DNA from: Octopus bimaculoides
Taxonomy: Eukaryota
Assembly (NCBI RefSeq): GCF_001194135.2
Contig: NC_068981.1
Coordinates: 13,748,414-13,812,413 of the forward strand
Reading direction: 5' to 3'
Length of the DNA stretch: 64,000 bases
Shown: positions 12,410-25,810 of the stretch, piece after piece
Position numbering within the stretch: the first letter of the stretch is position 1
How the letters are laid out: each line of letters starts with the position of its first letter
Translations under genes and position numbers: made by a program
Notes under the pieces: generated by a model
What the model was told of the DNA's origin: nothing
Database searches by the model: none
What the model saw: only the letters and a program-made list of their open reading frames with translations

Positions 12410-12643
12410 CAAGAGTTCACAATCATTTCCCCCATGAATCCTTTTGAATCCTATTTTATTCAACTGGACCCTAATAATCACTTAATGTTTGAAAAGATCC
12501 CATTATTATGAATTATATAAAATGAAATTGTTGAACTATTTTGGGTATTGCAGAAGTATAAGTAACTTGTACCAGAAAAATTTTGACCGCAAAATCTTAT
12601 GTGAAATCCTAAGAGCAATATGGATACCGGTTGAGAACCACTG
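12410..12643 (-). mobile_element. hAT MITE, same family as 10252-10501, inverted
   Basis: Right end ccggttgagaaccactg, left end caagagttcacaatc, TSD ttctgaag / atctaaag. The interior aligns to the reverse complement of the first copy. Confidence 0.8.
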
Positions 12644-14149
12644 ATCTAAAGGATATTTTGTTGGCTATTTCGGGTATGCTGACGAATCCCAGAGTACCTT
12701 TCTTTAATCTTCCACGTGATATAGTAACGAGTACAGTTTAAGTAACTACGTAATGTATAGACATAGATGAGTAAATGATAGTCTAATGTTAGCCAAGTTA
12801 ATTCTGTGTCGGTATTCATTTCCAAAAATTTAGCAGATTCTTGTTAAAGTGGCAACGTTTCGTAAATAATTTGGAATTTGTAGTGATATAATTCATGGTA
12901 TTGTCGATGTCATTCAGTACGAGAAACCTTTCAGCTTTACTTAAGTTATAACTATTTGTCCCAAAGATGTATGGTCAACATATTTCTAAGATTTTCCCCT
13001 TGATATTAAAATAGGAATCATGATCTCTTACATGACATATGTAATTGGATAATGTCGTATTCTTCATATCTCCGTGTATGAATAATGATCGTTGGTTGAA
13101 GTAATGTTGTTTAATTCTACATTCCTATATAACAATGTTGCTTAATGATATGGCTCAGTTCAGTAGTTAACTTCAACTTCAAATATTATAACGCCAGCAT
13201 TCGACGATTGATTAACTGGGCACTCACGTGCAACAATACTTCTGCATACGTATTTAGCATTTGTCACTCATTCATCGTTCGTTCTCCTTTCCTTTCTCTT
13301 CTTTCAATTTCCTCTCGCTCTCACACCATTTGTATATCTATGTGTGTTTATATGTTTGTGCAAGTATAGCGATATGCATCTGTATGTACAGTGACATGAA
13401 CGTGATTCTGTTTATAATCATGAAACGCAAAAGAAAATTAAGAGAAAACAACGAAAATGGCAATAATTTATTGTTTTCCTTGGAGCAGTAAAGATAAACA
13501 CTATTTAATCAATATGATCTTTGTTAATACGTAACATTTTACCAGCGTGTAATATTTCACAAAGGAACTGTCATAAAAAATATATTTATCAAATTTAGCT
13601 CGTATCGAATCAACGTTTTTATTCGTGCATTGCATGCCTAATTAAATTGAACTTTCTAGGCATTTGGGACGTACGAAAAATTTGCGTTTTCCTTTTTTTT
13701 TTTTCGCATTTAAGCTGGATGCTTTACACGCAAATTGTCTAATACTTTATCCAGAAAAATAAATTCAATTAACAAACGTTTATTTCCAAATATATGTGGA
13801 AATAAAACAAACTCAAATAATTATTTATCGTCAAGAATCAGCAGATCGTTAAACCATAGCTGGTAGATCATAAATGTGCATCGAACAATGTTTTCCTAAG
13901 TCTTTCTTTATTTATTTTTCTATTGCTGTTCTCTTGTAATTAAATCGCGGAGCAGTTATTTTAGCCATTTAAAATTTTGTTACATTCACTTTTTCATTTA
14001 ATTTTCAGAACCACAATCTGTTGTGAAGTGTCAAAAAGTCCCATTGTACTTCTGTGACCTCGCTAAATTCCTCTGCAATTTCTTGAAAACCATTTAAAGA
14101 CTAGTCTTTATTACGTCTCTGGTGGCTTCTTTCCTTTTCGTGCTTTACT

Positions 14150-14680
14150 TTATTTTTCTCTCCTTTTGTTTTCTATTGTTTCTTTCATAATTGCCTTCAA
14201 CTTCAAGTATTGTCCCTTCAATATAGAAAGTATTGTTTTGTATGTTGGTCAATTGAAATCTTTTTTTAAGTTTAGGTCCATGGGTCCAGTTAACTGGTGT
14301 TGTGAGAACTTTTGGCACACAAGCCTTTAATCGCATTTCCTCTGTTTCCCTTCTCTAATTAATTGATTTAATTCATTATCATACATCTTTTTAAAAAAAT
14401 ATAATTATTAAGAGCATTTTCTTTTCCCTCAAGAACTGGATTGAGCATTTAAAATTATCAGTTGCTTAGTATATAATGGAATTGTCTTAAAGCATGTTTC
14501 CAATGTCTGATTATAGTATCGTTCAATTAATGTAAGGTGTTTGCTAAGTTGAAAAGAATCAACTTTTCCAAAATCTAAAGATAATAGACTGATGCCATAA
14601 GCAGATATCCCAAACCTGTTTTGGGACAGTCTATATGTACAAGTGAATGATAACACCAAACGTTCTAAACAACTTGCCAA
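14150..14680 (-). mobile_element. Decayed LINE reverse-transcriptase fragment
   Basis: Minus frames LSLDFGKVDSF (resembles LDFxKAFD) and NWTHGPKLKK..FYIEGTILEVEGNY (resembles WxxxWxLxxN..GxxLExV..Y). Confidence 0.4.
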
Positions 14681-14763
14681 ATGCAGTAAAAGATTGTTTT
14701 AGTAAGGAAAAAAATAGAGATAAACGATTAACTTAAACAATTTACGATACGAATGCCAAGAAA

Positions 14764-14765
<2 letters not shown>

Positions 14766-14804
<39 letters not shown>
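14766..14804. repeat. (AG)n microsatellite
   Basis: Direct reading. Confidence 0.95.
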
Positions 14805-14810
<6 letters not shown>

Positions 14811-14954
14811 TTTGCATATGAAAGAAACTAAAGTCTCATAAGTCAAAAGTCAATACATCAATGTCACTCAAACTTCCAACTTAGGACAAAAATGAATAAA
14901 TAGGCAACGTTCTGAATAATTATTATATTACATTGATGTTCCATTACGTACTTC

Positions 14955-15240
14955 AGTCCTTATCGCTGTGTGGTGGCTTGTATGCCTCAATGACTCTGAG
15001 AGCTATGCTAGCGAAGCGCATGCTCCAGGTAGGCCCTCCCATGCAAGACTGATATAGATCATCGTTTACAGGAGGTAAAATATGCGTTTGCCTACGGTCA
15101 ACACCCCTACCAAGAAAAAGCAAAGTTATAAAAGCATCGATAAAGATTCAAAACCAAAAAGACCTGAGAGATGAAGGCCGTACAGTACAGAGTCGAGAAT
15201 AATGTGGAAACGTCATGGGTAGCATAAACCTCATGTGGAG
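14955..15240 (+). mobile_element. RTE-clade LINE 5' UTR fragment
   Basis: gtggcttgtatgcctcaatgactctgagagctatgctagcg..tgctccaggtaggccctcccatgc resembles RTE-type 5' UTRs as recalled from memory. Confidence 0.45.
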
Positions 15241-15330
15241 GGAAGGGCTAAATTAAGTAAATTCAAGGGGTGGGGGAAGAAGGAAAAGAAGATAAGATGA
15301 AGGCAAGCAAATACTCGCTTTTGTAATCGA

Positions 15331-15541
15331 AGATGCTGAGCTTGCAGAATCGTTAATACGCCGGAAAAAGTGATGAACGACATTTCGTCCGTACTGTGTT
15401 GAAATTCCGCCGAGGTCGACTTTGCCTATTATCCTTTCGGGTTCGATAAAATAGGAACTAAATATGCACTGGGGTCGAAGTAATTGACTGACTTGCTTCC
15501 TCGAAATTTCTGGCCTTGTGCCAAGATTCGAAACCGATATT
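15331..15541 (+). mobile_element. SINE family A
   Basis: gcagaatcgttaatacgccgg..aaattccgccgaggtcgactttgcc..atcctttcgggttcgataaaat. Confidence 0.88.
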
Positions 15542-18500
15542 TGTCGGGTAATTATGTGATAACATACAAAAAATAGATATAAAGTGAATATAATAGTTTT
15601 TGAGTGTTTCTTAATTCGTTAAATTGACACGTCCATCATATGATTATTTCACTTTTATTACAGTCTTAGATAAGGCTCTTACGAACAGGAATGTTTCCTA
15701 TATATTTCAATTGTCTTCCAAGTTACTTTCTGGAATAGCGTTTACAAACACTTAACGTTCGGTTGGGTATACATATGTTAATGTTATTTTGGCAGCTGAA
15801 AATTCGATTGATAAGATGTAGAAGACAAACTAGACTAGAAGATGTAGTGGCATCGAATATATGATTATCATAGCGAAACATCTTTTACATAAGGCTGTTA
15901 GTGATCTAAACGAACTACAAGTTTTGAGTGCAGCAGAGTTATAATGACTTATATAAGTTTAAAACTGATCATTGAGGATTTGCTTGAGTGATAATTCCGT
16001 TTGATCTCGCGTTCATTGAGGGGGATGTTTAAATCTATTTATCAATGTTGCTGCATCAATAAGTATAAAGTAAATACGAGGGATTGTTTATGTATAGAAC
16101 AATTGGTAAGATATTGATTTATTCTTACACATACCGACTAAAGGAGGTGCATGAATCAAAATATGTCAACAAAACATGTCGATTTATTGAATTGATATAG
16201 AAATTACAAACAGAAAGAAACAAATTCTACATTAGCAAAACTTTAACTTAGAAGGAATAAGAACGAGATTAGGTTCTATACGGTATTTAATATTGTAATG
16301 TAATATAGCGTCTGTCTGATAATGTTTTTGTTCTGTTTGGCGCAGATATTAACATGTTCAGTGATCGTATCTCACCAAGGTCGACATTGCTTCTCATGTA
16401 TGAATCATATAAAAATCATTTACGAATAGTATACATGAGAAAACTCTTTCAATTATGCACACATCATATGAATATACCTTTTATTATGTAAACATATGTA
16501 TGTTAACAAATAAAATTATTATGTTTAATGAAATAATTGTGTAAATAACCTTCGCTAAATTAACCATGCTTATACAATAAAATACATTTAGATAGACTCC
16601 ATAAAGAAATAAGAGATATGTCTAAATTAAAACTGAAAGCATTGTAATATATAAAACCTTAATCATGAAGTTGTCTGAACAAATATAATTCATTTTATAG
16701 CGCTATTTACATTAAATTTAATCGGAACTAATCCATTCAGACAAGATGACACTGCAACTGAATTTGATCAACAGTAAATGTAACATTTGAGGCTAGAAAC
16801 TTTTGTAACCACTGTTGGTATTGCATACATTTTCAGTTGATATTTCAGATTTAGATTGTATTTGCACTAATGAAATCCTGATACTCTTTCAGGACACTAC
16901 TGATAAAATAGGCCGAGGGGAATTGTGACTCGCAAATAAAGGCATTCAATTACATACATGTTAAGTTATGTCAACAGAACCACTTCACTACTTTGCTATT
17001 TCTTTGTGTATTGAACCTAATACAGTTCACATTTTAATAGGCTTTTCTCAGTAATTTTACTGTACACTTTGTATGGTGTAGGTTATTGTTCAACATCATA
17101 CGTGTCTGTGTCATTTCTCATTACTTTTCAAAATATATGAACAATAGACCAAGAAATAAAAGCTATTTAATACGATACTGTCTGACCAAAGCAATTATAC
17201 AAATTGTCGTTGCTTTTAAAATATTTCCCATAAACGTTGTTAATCATTTAGATTAGTTTCATGGGAAAATAGAAATATTCAAATAGGTTATTACGTAACT
17301 AAAAGCTAAATCTCTCTCCCTAGCGAAATAGAATTAATACACATTTAGTTCTAATTACTTTTCCCAGCTAAGTCTGGAAGAAAGGTTGTGTCAGCTGCCT
17401 TAGTAGGGTTAAAAAAAACAGTGAGATTGATGTCATAAAAGTTCCGTTCGAAAAATTTCATCTTCGAACGAGACACGAACAAGGGTGGAATTTATACAAT
17501 TTGATAAATATCATTATACATATTTCAGAGACGAAAATAACATTAATACATATAATGTCGTTATAAATTTAAGACTAGGAAAGAAAATAGTAAATATAAT
17601 GTTACCTTAATTTTAATGGAAATTTTAAAGTTATTTAAGATACGTATAAATATACTGGTTTTGCTATTAACATAAAAAGGTTATGAAAACTACAAGAAAA
17701 AAGCAATATTTTATGGACATCAATGATTGCAAAACATCGTTATGTCTATATCAATATTGCACAAAAAATTATTTATGTGATTTTAAAATTTGGATGTAAT
17801 TTCTTTTATTTTATATCGTAACACTTCTTTAATCTCAACTAAATGTTAATCCAAATTAGAGTTTTATACCTAAGAGACGCTACTTAAAATTATCATCGCA
17901 TTTGATGAGATTACAATTTTTCGGACTATTAACTTCATCTTTACAGATAAAAAGACTGATTGAGATTCGCAATGTAAATATTACAAGTTATTCATCTTTT
18001 ATATACCTAAAGAGTAGGTTAATAGCCCGAAAAATAATAATCGTATTAACAGTGAGTCGTCTGAGACAATAAGATGTTTTATCATCAGATATTTTATTGT
18101 GATACAAACCTGTCTTAATAGTAAGAATGGAGAGATTGGAGAGATTAATTGAGTTTTTTTTACTAATTTAAGCCGTATTAAATTGGTTCCAGCGCTTATA
18201 AAATGTTACATAAATATACATTAAAAAGCTGATTACAATTTTAAACAATGGTTATTCTCTCCAGAATGATAATGGAATTACATCATGTTTTCTATTTACT
18301 ACAATATATGATATATACTATAATACATAAGAGCGTTGTAGTTTGCTTGAAGCATTGCAGTGCAGAAGTAGAAAAATGAATGACAAGAGAAATAAGGAAA
18401 GCTTCTAACAATGGTGAAATTTTATTTTTATATGTCGGAATTATAAAGGTTTTTAAACTTTGTGCATTGTTAAAAGCTTTCCTCATTTCTCATTTCATTC

Positions 18501-19109
18501 ATTTCTCAACTATAATATATACATTACACAACATCATTCCCGATACTATTTGAACATTTCCCGATACACTTGGACATTTCCATTCTTTCAAAATACCATC
18601 TGTTATTCAGTTTTGTCCATAACATTACTTATTATGAGGCATCAGTGTTATCAATTGAACAGAGTTTACTTTCTTATCATTAAAGTGTCAATCACAAAAC
18701 AAGAAACTGTTTTCAATTTTCCGTATGTTAGTTTCCTTTTCCTTTATAACTTGCAGATAGGGTTCTAACTCTTACTTTAACAATAAAAGAATTTCATAAA
18801 AGTATTAAAAATAATTTGTTCAATATGAAATTCACTTTTCGATGACAGGGAAGTTAATATACCTTAATTATTTATTGCGATAGATTGATATCAGTGCTCA
18901 GAAATATCTTATACAGAATGTCCTCTAAACTTAATTGATGTTTGCGGCAATGTGATTGCCAAGGAAGAAAATTAGATTTAAAAGGTAGTCTTTGACAACA
19001 TGTCATACGTGTAACGAACTTAACCGTATCTTCCCCGATGGATCACTTTTTAATGGAAAAAAAAAGTCACAGTAAAGAAAATGAAATGCATTTATTTCAT
19101 TCTGCCTTA

Positions 19110-19350
19110 TCTGTCAAAATGTCTTAAGCATATGACTGCAACGAAATTAACTAAACTTGATAGAAAAGTTTTAGCATGGCATTGCTTCTCATGGAAATAC
19201 TTCAATACTAATTCATGCAATATGATTGGCTTTGGTAACAATTGATAGTTTAATATCCACCACCGAGTCCCTGTTATACTGGATGAAATTCGACTAACGT
19301 CTGTATTGAGAAGGAAGTTTTCATCTTCTTGGACTGTATGTACGCCCACA
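19110..19350 (-). mobile_element. Possible BEL/Pao LTR-retrotransposon integrase HH-zinc-finger remnant
   Basis: LLPKPIILHELVLKYFHEKQCHA resembles ILPKxxxLxxLIxxxxHExxxHAG. Single weak motif. Confidence 0.25.
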
Positions 19351-19639
19351 CAAAGATAACTATATACTTCACCAGAGATTTTCTTATATAACTAAACAGA
19401 TATTCACACACACATACACACAAACACACACACACACACACTCACACACACACACACATACACACAAATACATATTTGTATGCAAATAGGAAGGAAAACA
19501 CTTTTTTTAACTACTTTTTCTTGTTCCTTTCTTTGTATTCAAATTTTTAATTTTTAAATCATTTTATTTTTAATTAGATATTATTTTTATTCCAATTCCT
19601 ATACATGAATATATACACACCTTTTATAATGCTCCACAT

Positions 19640-20186
19640 TTGTATCTATCCATAGGCTTGAAATAATGTATTAGAAAACACCCACGATTGCAACAGAACA
19701 GAAGAAATATTTATAAACACATAGCCTACAAATTTTACCTCCATAAAACAAAAAGATTAAGATTTCAACATATTAATGAAATTGCCTATAGAACAAAGAA
19801 AACCTACAGAGAAACAGACAGGCCAACAACCTTTACACATACCCATGTCCTTTTCTGAACATCAAAGCAAAGAATTAAATCTAATAAAGCCAAAATAACT
19901 AAAACTACTGACATACCTATCACCACCCACAAAAAGGGACACACCTAAATATGCACACCTGCTCACAAAGTTCTATATACGTTAATAAATTCCAAACAAT
20001 AACATAACCTCAAATTTTATCAATAAAAAATTCTCTTCATAACAACCAACTCTAAACATATCCGCCACTCCACTCAAACCCGCACGCCCAAGAAAGATTT
20101 TAAGTCAACAGAGACTATATAAAGCCAAGATTGATTTGAATGCGTCGTAGTCTGACATTGACTTAACTGACCGAAACTTCGAAGAC
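19640..20186 (+). mobile_element. Penelope-like element 3' remnant (GIY-YIG end plus decayed hammerhead)
   Basis: Frames give ..RETDRP..EHQS.. (resembles YIGETxRP..RxxEH) and KVLY...PTLN, followed by ctgac...ccgaaac at 20152-20177. Confidence 0.55.
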
Positions 20187-20306
20187 ATTGTCGAAAATAT
20201 TCTAGTTTAAGAATAAAAGCTTTGTACTCTGCAAAAGTATGGAGTAGCTCATCAGATTCGTGTAAAGTTGTTTTTTATTATAACTTGAACATAAAACAAA
20301 CATTAA

Positions 20307-20309
<3 letters not shown>

Positions 20310-20366
<57 letters not shown>

Positions 20367-20397
20367 CGCGCGTGTGTGTGTGCGTGTGTGTGTGTGC
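20310..20397. repeat. (GT)n(GC)n(GT)n compound microsatellite
   Basis: Direct reading; alternating purine-pyrimidine tract. Confidence 0.95.
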
Positions 20398-21174
20398 ATT
20401 AAAGAAGGTATAAAGTAAACTACAAAAGGAAAAGAGAACAGAACAATGTTGCAATTTTGAAAAATTCGTTGCTCAGATGTGTGTGTGTGTGTGTGTGGTG
20501 GGAAGGCAGGAGAAGGAGAGAGGTGACATGTGCGTACTGATGTTACTTTAGCAACATGTATATACATGTATATCCACCCACTTACATACCTATACATACA
20601 CACACAGATACATCGTGATTATTTCATATATTCGATATCAGCCAATGTAAACAATTTAAGCAAACAGGATAACGATGGAGCATCTGTGTGGTTGAGCAGC
20701 TAGCAAGAAGGTGAATTGAAATCGCATTCTTAACGACTTGTAAAGGGAAGCACATATCGCCTAATGTAATTCCTGACACCCTATACCAAATAAAAGAAGG
20801 AATCTTCATATACCTGTCCACTCAAGGCTTTTGTGGAATTCAGTAACGACATTTGAAGTAATAATTAGAAGCATATAACTATACAAATTTAACGTTTAAC
20901 GGAAAGTTCTAAGTGCTAAGAAAAATTATCAGATAATCCAAAGGAAGCAAACATTTATACACGTTGAATACCCAGTAGTATAAAATAGTTCTCCCGCATG
21001 CGTAAGATCAACTGGCAATATTCTTTACTGATATCATTAAACTACTCTTGTGTATGACATAAGATTATGTAGTTAGTTCATCAGGGTTTTATAATTTCAG
21101 AACATATCATTAAAGAATGATGTTACAATTACTGTCTTCCGTCGGTATATCACCTTTCGTTGTTTAGGAAATAA

Positions 21175-21259
21175 TTATTTCATTTAAATCTTTATTTCAT
21201 TTAAATCTTTATTTCATTTAAATCTTTATTTCATTTAAATGATTATTTCATTTGAATAT
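21175..21259. repeat. 17-bp minisatellite TTATTTCATTTAAATCT x5
   Basis: Three exact and two diverged tandem copies. Confidence 0.9.
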
Positions 21260-24133
21260 TTTGTCACTCAAGGAGAAGTAGAGAGGTAGAAGCGTTTAAC
21301 AGAAGAAAAACAAGCGCTTTACAAACGCAGTTTCCTACCGCAATGAACAAAGTAAAATTTCATCTATCTATACTAGTATTTAGAAAGAAATCAGAATATA
21401 TTTTATAAATAGATACTAAAGATTTATCTAAATTATACCTGAACCACTTAGAAAGTACAAGAATTAGTTATTATATATAAGAAGGTCCAGTAACGTTATC
21501 ATTATTAAAACATACTGTGTACAGGCAATCGCTGGGACTAAAGATTTCCATCGGTTAAGATACTCCATCTTGTCTATATACGTCACATAGACACAATTAG
21601 TTAGATTACTCTTCCAAACATAATTATAGACCACCTACTAATAGCTCACAAAATGAGAACGTGACAAATATTCAATTTCCAATTAATATCATTTCCCAAT
21701 ATTTTAACCAATAAAATTTCAGAGAAAGTTATACGCATAATGCTTACTATTTTTCTTTTTCCTTAATAATAAAGAAGGTATATTGGCTTTTCTGTATGAA
21801 ATCAATTTCCTTCTTCGCTTGGTACATTCAACATCATTTTGTTGCCTGATGTATTCGACAAGGGAAAAAATATCCAAAAAGTTTATAAAATAGAATTTTA
21901 GGGGGAAAAAAAAACGTATTCTCTTTAATTCTGGCGTCATGAGTTAGACATCTTGCACATACATATGTTGGAGACAAGAACAAGAACAAGAACATTATTA
22001 AAAAGAAACGACCTATATTTTGTAGTCTGAGTCTAAATAAAAAATAATTATTCATGTGGAAGATTTGATAAAACTTTTATTTCTGATTCTCTCAATTTCA
22101 TCTGAAACTTGTAACATTCAGTTATGGCGATGATAGTGGTGGTGGGGTGTTGAAGACAGGAACACCAAGAAAAGAAATATTATCCTCTCTTACTTTCTCC
22201 TTCTCCTTTCTCCTTTTTCTCCTCACTCATTATACATATATATATATATATATANNNNNNNNNNNNNNNNNNNNNNNNNNNNNNNNNNNNNNNNNNNNNN
22301 NNNNNNNNNNNNNNNNNNNNNNNNNNNNNNNNNNNNNNNNNNNNNNNNNNNNNNNNNNNNNNNNNNNNNNNNNNNNNNNNNNNNNNNNNNNNNNNNNNNN
22401 NNNNNNNNNNNNNNNNNNNNNNNNNNNNNNNNNNNNNNNNNNNNNNNNNNNNNNNNNNNNNNNNNNNNNNNNNNNNNNNNNNNNNNNNNNNNNNNNNNNN
22501 NNNNNNNNNNNNNNNNNNNNNNNNNNNNNNNNNNNNNNNNNNNNNNNNNNNNNNNNNNNNNNNNNNNNNNNNNNNNNNNNNNNNNNNNNNNNNNNNNNNN
22601 NNNNNNNNNNNNNNNNNNNNNNNNNNNNNNNNNNNNNNNNNNNNNNNNNNNNNNNNNNNNNNNNNNNNNNNNNNNNNNNNNNNNNNNNNNNNNNNNNNNN
22701 NNNNNNNNNNNNNNNNNNNNNNNNNNNNNNNNNNNNNNNNNNNNNNNNNNNNNNNNNNNNNNNNNNNNNNNNNNNNNNNNNNNNNNNNNNNNNNNNNNNN
22801 NNNNNNNNNNNNNNNNNNNNNNNNNNNNNNNNNNNNNNNNNNNNNNNNNNNNNNNNNNNNNNNNNNNNNNNNNNNNNNNNNNNNNNNNNNNNNNNNNNNN
22901 NNNNNNNNNNNNNNNNNNNNNNNNNNNNNNNNNNNNNNNNNNNNNNNNNNNNNNNNNNNNNNNNNNNNNNNNNNNNNNNNNNNNNNNNNNNNNNNNNNNN
23001 NNNNNNNNNNNNNNNNNNNNNNNNNNNNNNNNNNNNNNNNNNNNNNNNNNNNNNNNNNNNNNNNNNNNNNNNNNNNNNNNNNNNNNNNNNNNNNNNNNNN
23101 NNNNNNNNNNNNNNNNNNNNNNNNNNNNNNNNNNNNNNNNNNNNNNNNNNNNNNNNNNNNNNNNNNNNNNNNTATATATATATATATGGAGAGGCAGAGA
23201 AGGTGAAAGTGATGCGCAAGAGAGTTTGAAATAGAAATAGGCAAGGCCGCGAGAGAAAAGTCTCATATAAAGTAGAGTAATAAAAACTTTCTTGCTACTA
23301 TTAACAACTAGTCAGAGGGAAGATTAGAAAGATCTCTGTACTTTGATCAGTAGACGATAACTGCCCTAGGTCGCCAAATACATGTGTTATTGATTCGCTT
23401 CTACGTAGGCAAACAAATAATTATCCGATAAGGCATGTAACTGGTTACAAAAGCCATAAATAACGTTGATAATGCGGGATGGAAAGAAGGAAGTCTGTTC
23501 GGAAAGTAGATGTGTACAATTTAAATATACACCAATCCCTAGTTGGTCTTTGTTATTCTAATACACTTTTGCTCTTTTACGTTCTTTCTCAGCCTCACAA
23601 CATACTTCTCTTCTCTCTCTGTCTTTCTCTGATTCCTCTTTCATTTTAGGTTTGCTTATCGTTATCTCCAGCTTTTATCACTTCAGACAATACCACAACG
23701 AGCAGTTATGAATTATATACTAAAATGCCCAAACAGAAATACTACCAAAGGCACACCTCACAATCACACAAAACACACGTTCAAACACATACATTCAGGC
23801 GTAAGTCTTTATATATATGTATGTATATGTGATATATGTATATGTAAATGTGCTTGTGTGTAAAATATTAAATATATGAGGCTATTGTAAGCGATAAGAG
23901 ACAAGAAGATAAAGACAAGCCGCTTACATCAAATAATGCAATATATATACTAAATATTATTATCAGGTTTCTAGAGGCCGCACGTTCATAGCAATACAGC
24001 CCTGCGTTTCTTCTTCCTCGACGCACGGTAGAAAGATTTGTATCGTAAAGCACATAAGAGATACACACTCACACACATGCACAAACGCGCACACACATAC
24101 ATATATGTATGTATATGTGAGTGTGTGTGTATG

Positions 24134-24665
24134 CGATTACTCATGGCAATGCGGTTAGCGCATTCGGCTCACGCTCGTAAGGTGGTAAGTTGGATTAACG
24201 GAAGTGCGTTGTATCTTTGAGCAAGATACTGTATTTCACGTTGCTTCAGTCCACTCTGCATGCAAACTCGAATTCTGACCGCAATTCAATGGACGAGCCT
24301 ATCACATTCTGTGCCACACTGATTCTCACAGAGAACTACGTGTAGGATGCGCGTATCTTATTTCTTTATTGCCCATAAGGGGCTAAACATAGAGGGGACA
24401 AAGGGATTAAGTCGATTACATCGACCCCATTGCGTAACTGGTACTTAATTTATCGACCCCGAAAGTATGAAAGGCAACGTCGACCTCGGTGGAACTTGAA
24501 CTCAGAACGTAAAGACAGACTAAATACCGTTAAGCATTTCGCCCGGCGTGCTAACGTTTCTGCCAGCTCGCCGCCTTATCTGTGGAGTTCTCAGCCACTT
24601 GTAAGTTAATTACACGGGCAGGTCGTTCCATTCATCGGATCAAGTCGAGCACTCACCATCATGAT
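24134..24665 (+). mobile_element. SINE family B', interrupted by a family A copy
   Basis: tRNA-like head, gttgtatctttgagcaagatac core, and tail ..gcgtatct | gtggagttctcagccactt.. Confidence 0.8.
24359..24576 (-). mobile_element. SINE family A, full length, nested in B' with TATCT target duplication
   Basis: TATCT at 24354-24358 and 24577-24581; young-looking copy. Confidence 0.92.
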
Positions 24666-25130
24666 CTGTCTGTTGCTAAAGTAATCTTTGATAACCATGT
24701 CACCTATGATAATCAAGCGCTGTGTTACCTAACACCAAACTTTAGAATTACTTAGCGCAGGTAAATCCCGTTTCTAAGCTTTCCAAAGCCATGAACATAA
24801 CAATACCCACTAGAGATAGAAACATAGATCCTAATCCCCTATCCTATAGCAAACAACTTACATAACACGTCCAATGTGCTCGTTCTAAGCCCAAGAGAAC
24901 TCATACCTTATACATTCCTTGGCATAGGAATGTATCACAGTAGATTACTTGATAAAAGTGGGGAGGGAAATGGGCTAACCATGAGAACTCTTTCGTACTG
25001 CGTCCTTAATCCATCTGTGTTGTCTCGTCTCACGCCTTCCGTACGTCCTTCATTTCGGAGTGAGACGTGTGATAGCCGTATCGACTTTGTGGAAACCTGT
25101 CAAGTATGTATGTATATACTAGTGTGTATA

Positions 25131-25511
25131 GAGGAGTCGCAATAGCTTAGTGGTTAGGACAGCGGACTTGCGATCGTGGGATCACAGTTTCGACTCCCAG
25201 ACCGGGCGTTGTGAGTATTTATTGAGCGAAAACACCTAAAGCTCTACGAGGCTCTGGTAGGGGACGGCAGCGAACCCTGCTGTACTCTTTCACCGCAAAT
25301 TTCTCTCACTCTTTCTTCCTGTTTCTGTTGTACCTGTATTTCAAAGGGTCAGTCTTGTCACACTCTGTATCACGCTGAATCTCCCCGAGAAATACGTTAA
25401 GGATACACGTGTCTGTGGAATGCTCAGCCACTTGCACGTTAATTTCACGAGCAGGTTGTTCCTTTGATTGCATCAACTGGAGCCCTCGTCGTCGTAACCG
25501 ACGGAGTGCCA
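25131..25511 (+). mobile_element. tRNA-derived SINE family B, near full length
   Basis: A box TAGCTTAGTGG (25143-25153), B box GTTTCGACTCC (25187-25197); 3' tail shared with the B' copies. Confidence 0.9.
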
Positions 25512-25529
25512 CGACTTATGTGTATGTCT

Positions 25530-25722
25530 TTGTTTAGGTTTATCTTCTGCCACCGCTTGGCAAACGGTGTTGTTTTCTTTATGCGCCCACAACGTACCGG
25601 CTCGGCAATAGAGACCGATGAAATAAGAACCGAATTATATAAAGACACACACACACACATGTATATATTACTGGGGTAGATTTCTTCGACTAAAAACCAT
25701 TCAATATGGTGCCCCAGCATGA
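25530..25722 (+). mobile_element. SINE family C, 3' half
   Basis: ggctcggcaatagagaccgatgaaataag..ctggggtagatttcttcgactaaaaacc..ggtgccccagcatg. Confidence 0.75.
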
Positions 25723-25810
25723 TGAGTGAGTAGATATGTGAGAAGAATGTTACCTGACGTTTGTGGTCGGGATATATTAAGTAATATTTATATCATTATT
25801 AAATCAAGGC

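Noticed and set aside
16346-16379. Plus-strand micro-exon candidate (cgcag|...AAG|gtcgac)
   Set aside because: Weak donor, and no phase-compatible join with 16893 gives a sensible peptide.
8279-21259. 17-bp tandem arrays considered as CRISPR-like
   Set aside because: No spacers, eukaryotic context, simple minisatellites.
25131-25205. tRNA-like sequence with A and B boxes
   Set aside because: Continues into a repeated SINE body and lacks a proper cloverleaf, so it is not a tRNA gene.
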